Part shown: positions 61,082 through 64,000 of the stretch, one piece after another
Numbering within the stretch: position 1 is the stretch's first letter
Layout of the letters: each line of letters begins with the position of its first letter
Source: Macrostomum lignano
Taxonomy: Eukaryota
Length of the DNA stretch: 64,000 nucleotides
Assembly (NCBI GenBank): GCA_002269645.1
Contig: NIVC01002121.1
Span: forward strand, 1 to 64,000
Direction: 5' to 3'
Made by a program: the position numbers and the translations under genes
Notes under the pieces: model-generated
Told to the model about the DNA's origin: nothing
The model's database searches: none
What the model saw: the letters and a program-made list of their open reading frames with translations, nothing else

Positions 61082-62302
61082 GCCGCAATTTCTATGGCCT
61101 CAGCACCAAACCCCCTCGGGCCCTGTAAATATACTATACTCTCTCATTGTCTTTTGAGCACAGTTTCATTTCCAACTCACTTTCTGTTACCTTCTCAGCT
61201 GCATTGTGTAAACACTATTTTGAAAATGTTCATTTGATCGACAAAAATTATAAAATTCAAAACCTCAAAAAGCACGTCTCCATTTATTCTTCTTCGCTTC
61301 ATCTATGCTAGCCTATTCACATAGTATTTTCGTAGCCTGCGACAAACTCAAAATGATCATTAGATCGCAAAAGATAACAAAACTTGAAAATACAAAAAAC
61401 AATGCATCTGCTTCTCATTTCTTTTGTATAATCCGTAGTGCTATTAACATGTTAAATTTGCAAAATGATCAGTCCGATCAATAAAAAATTATAAAATTTC
61501 AAAAATTTAAAATAGCAAATTTACAAAATTACAAAAAACAATACTCTACGCTTGCTTATAATTGTGAAATCAACCCGTAGCTGAAACTCGTCAGAAATTC
61601 AAAATTTAAATTCGGAATTTAAAAGCCAGAACAAATTCTCAAAAGAAAACTGCCAAATTCTCAGAAGAAAACTGCCGATTTCAATGATACAAATTCGATT
61701 TTATTGGCCACCACTGATGTCCGTCTAGTCCAACATTCAGGAGCTCCTTTATCGAATTCAGTTTCAATAAAAGTTTTAGAACCGATCAAAAAGGCAGTTC
61801 AATTCAAAATTACTTCGATTACCAAAGCTCGTTGCAGAACATAGTTGAAAAAATCACACAGTCTCTCTTTTTTCTCCATTCCCCAGCCAATACGCCAACC
61901 GCAACCCTGAAGGCCACTGCCGTTTGCTCACATTGAATTTGACACACTTGCTTTATCCCACTATCCACTACATTTTTGTGATATCGTTGTCTTGAAATTA
62001 TTGATCGAATTCTTGTTGATGACCACACCTGTCCGAGATTTACGTTCCGGACCAGTATTTCAAAGCTCAAATCTTAACAGACCTCCTGAACAAAATTTAG
62101 AAATTTCTGACCGTCAAGTAGGCGAACAGCCTCCACGAAATAGTTCACCAGTTCCTAATCTATTTGTACCAGATAACGTTGAGCTTAACAACCCTCTTGC
62201 GGATCATTTTGAACAAAACCGTACACACTCGCCAGCACCTAGTCCCATTCTAACAGACACGGACGAGACAATTCAACAACTTGCAAACGCTATTGCTAAC
62301 GA

Positions 62303-64000
62303 ACGGACAATACGCCATTCTTTCTAATGTTTGGACGAGACTTCCAGCCACCAAACCTATTGGCACAGCAACTACTGCCATCGCAATATGTGGAAGTCCC
62401 GACGTCCATTCAAAAGTTCGTCACGCAACTACACCTAGCATGGAAAGTGGCCAAGCACAACATCGACAATCAGGTGGCTCTAACCACCGGAACCGACACG
62501 AGATCGAGAACTCTGACAGGCGGCGACATCGTCTACCTGCACTACCCGCCACAGCAGACGCATAAACATGCACAGAAGTACAAAGGACCCTATCGAGTGG
62601 TCCAGCTGACATCACCAATAACGGCACGCCTGGCTAATGTGCAGGATCCTCATCAGCACCAATTCTACGTGCACATTCATCGACTAAAAAAGATCAACAC
62701 TGACACGATGACGTTTCTACCGTCACTAGACAACGCTGATCGCACACGTTCAACGAACCGCCACATCGCAACGAAGAACGAGGAGACTCAAACGGCGAAC
62801 GAGAGCCAGCCACACGGCTAAAATCTGCGACCTCGTTAAGCTACAAAAAAAGACAAAACCCGTGTAGAGACCGGGTCAGAATAGCTCTACAGCTTCGCAA
62901 GCTTGTCGTAAGAGGCGACTAATCTGAGCGACTTCAAACTTCGAGCAACGACGACAATGGGCAACGCACTGTCCAAGCAGGCGCCCCAAGTACAGCAACT
63001 ATATGACTGCCCTGTCTGTCTGGAAGAAGATTTGTGGATAAAGCCACCAACCATTTGTATAAATAATCATCGCATCTGTGGAACATGCTTACGTGACGCG
63101 CATTATATTCAATCTTGGCAACTCTGCCCCCTATGTAGGAGTAGTCTGACGCAGTGCGCCTATTGTTACTCATGGCGCACCTTTCAATACTGTCGTCACA
63201 ATCATTTTATCTGCATGCAGTGCTTGAAACGCACCGCTAGCAGAGGCATCATAGGGTGCCCTGTCTGTAACACCATGCCGACGGACAGCACTTTCAAGAA
63301 GTGATGTCGCATAAAGCCGGACGTATCACGCTGTTTATCTGTATATAATATTCATACCCTGACAGCCATGAGTATAGAACGGTTGCTGGAGTTTTGGCCA
63401 GTACCCCGTTGTGCTCAGCGCTCGCGCTACGAATTGATTCTTTACGCACATAATCATCAGGGCATATTACGACATATGCTACCCCTCGAGATAGCACGGC
63501 ATTTGCAAAATACTTTACAAGCCCATAACGCCTATCATTGGACACTGCATATTTATTGTCATGCGTTAAAACAGCTTATTTTATCACGCAGTTACTTCAT
63601 ATGGCTTCTACGGTATCCACAATGAGCTCTGTTACGCACAAATGCAAGCACTATGAAGGATGTACTAATAAATCATGACCCTACAACCCACAGATGAACG
63701 CTGACGACGCATGCCCCTGCTGCTTGGAGACGCGGGACGAAACGGTCCCGACATGCGAATGGGGACACCGAGTGTGTCTCTCTTGCGACACCGCGGCCCG
63801 ACAGCTGACCGGCGAGATCACCATGCTGTCGGCGTGCCCAACATGTCGCAGGGCGAGGGTCACATGTGCATTGTGCGGCGAGCAGCCCCAGTACCAAATC
63901 TGTCCAAGTCGGCACTGGGCCTGTGCCGGCTGTCTCCATAGGTACGGTGCACGAGATATCCAAACGTGCACCGTGTGTCTGGAGCCGGTGATGCATTCCA
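62303..64000 (+). mobile_element. Family-G 3' remnant: IN tail, pseudoknot, RING-A (62957-63625, TGA at 63302), RING-B from 63694 running off the window
   Basis: Collinear with copy 1. Confidence 0.9.

Noticed and set aside
1-64000. Telomeric simple repeats, tRNA/rRNA genes, host genes, prokaryotic or phage features
   Set aside because: None seen; long antisense ORFs over gag/pol are shadows of A-rich codon usage.

Overview
Eukaryotic (most likely invertebrate animal) repeat DNA with no recognisable host gene. Almost the whole window is a nested stack of LTR retrotransposons, and every element whose strand can be assigned reads on the + strand. The dominant family ('family G', Ty3/gypsy-type, Metaviridae-like) has LTRs of 0.85-1.08 kb (TGTAGAG...CATCA) and 4-bp TSDs. 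Its ancestral ORF is a single ~2,500-codon polyprotein in the order Gag - Env - PR - RT - RH - IN. The Env resembles a class III (herpes gB/chuvirus-type) fusogen, and its cytoplasmic tail carries YPxI, PTAP and PPxY late-domain motifs. Downstream lie a covarying RNA pseudoknot and two paralogous tandem-RING accessory genes, the first with an N-myristoylation motif. Two full-length copies (1-11663, 27190-38826) and many 3' remnants and solo LTRs of at least four U3 subtypes are present. They are interleaved with a Mag-like gypsy pol, a foreign 1.5-kb solo LTR, a Tc1/mariner-type MITE and remnants of another family ('Y') with its own unknown accessory ORFs. All family assignments come from visual motif recognition; no searches were run.
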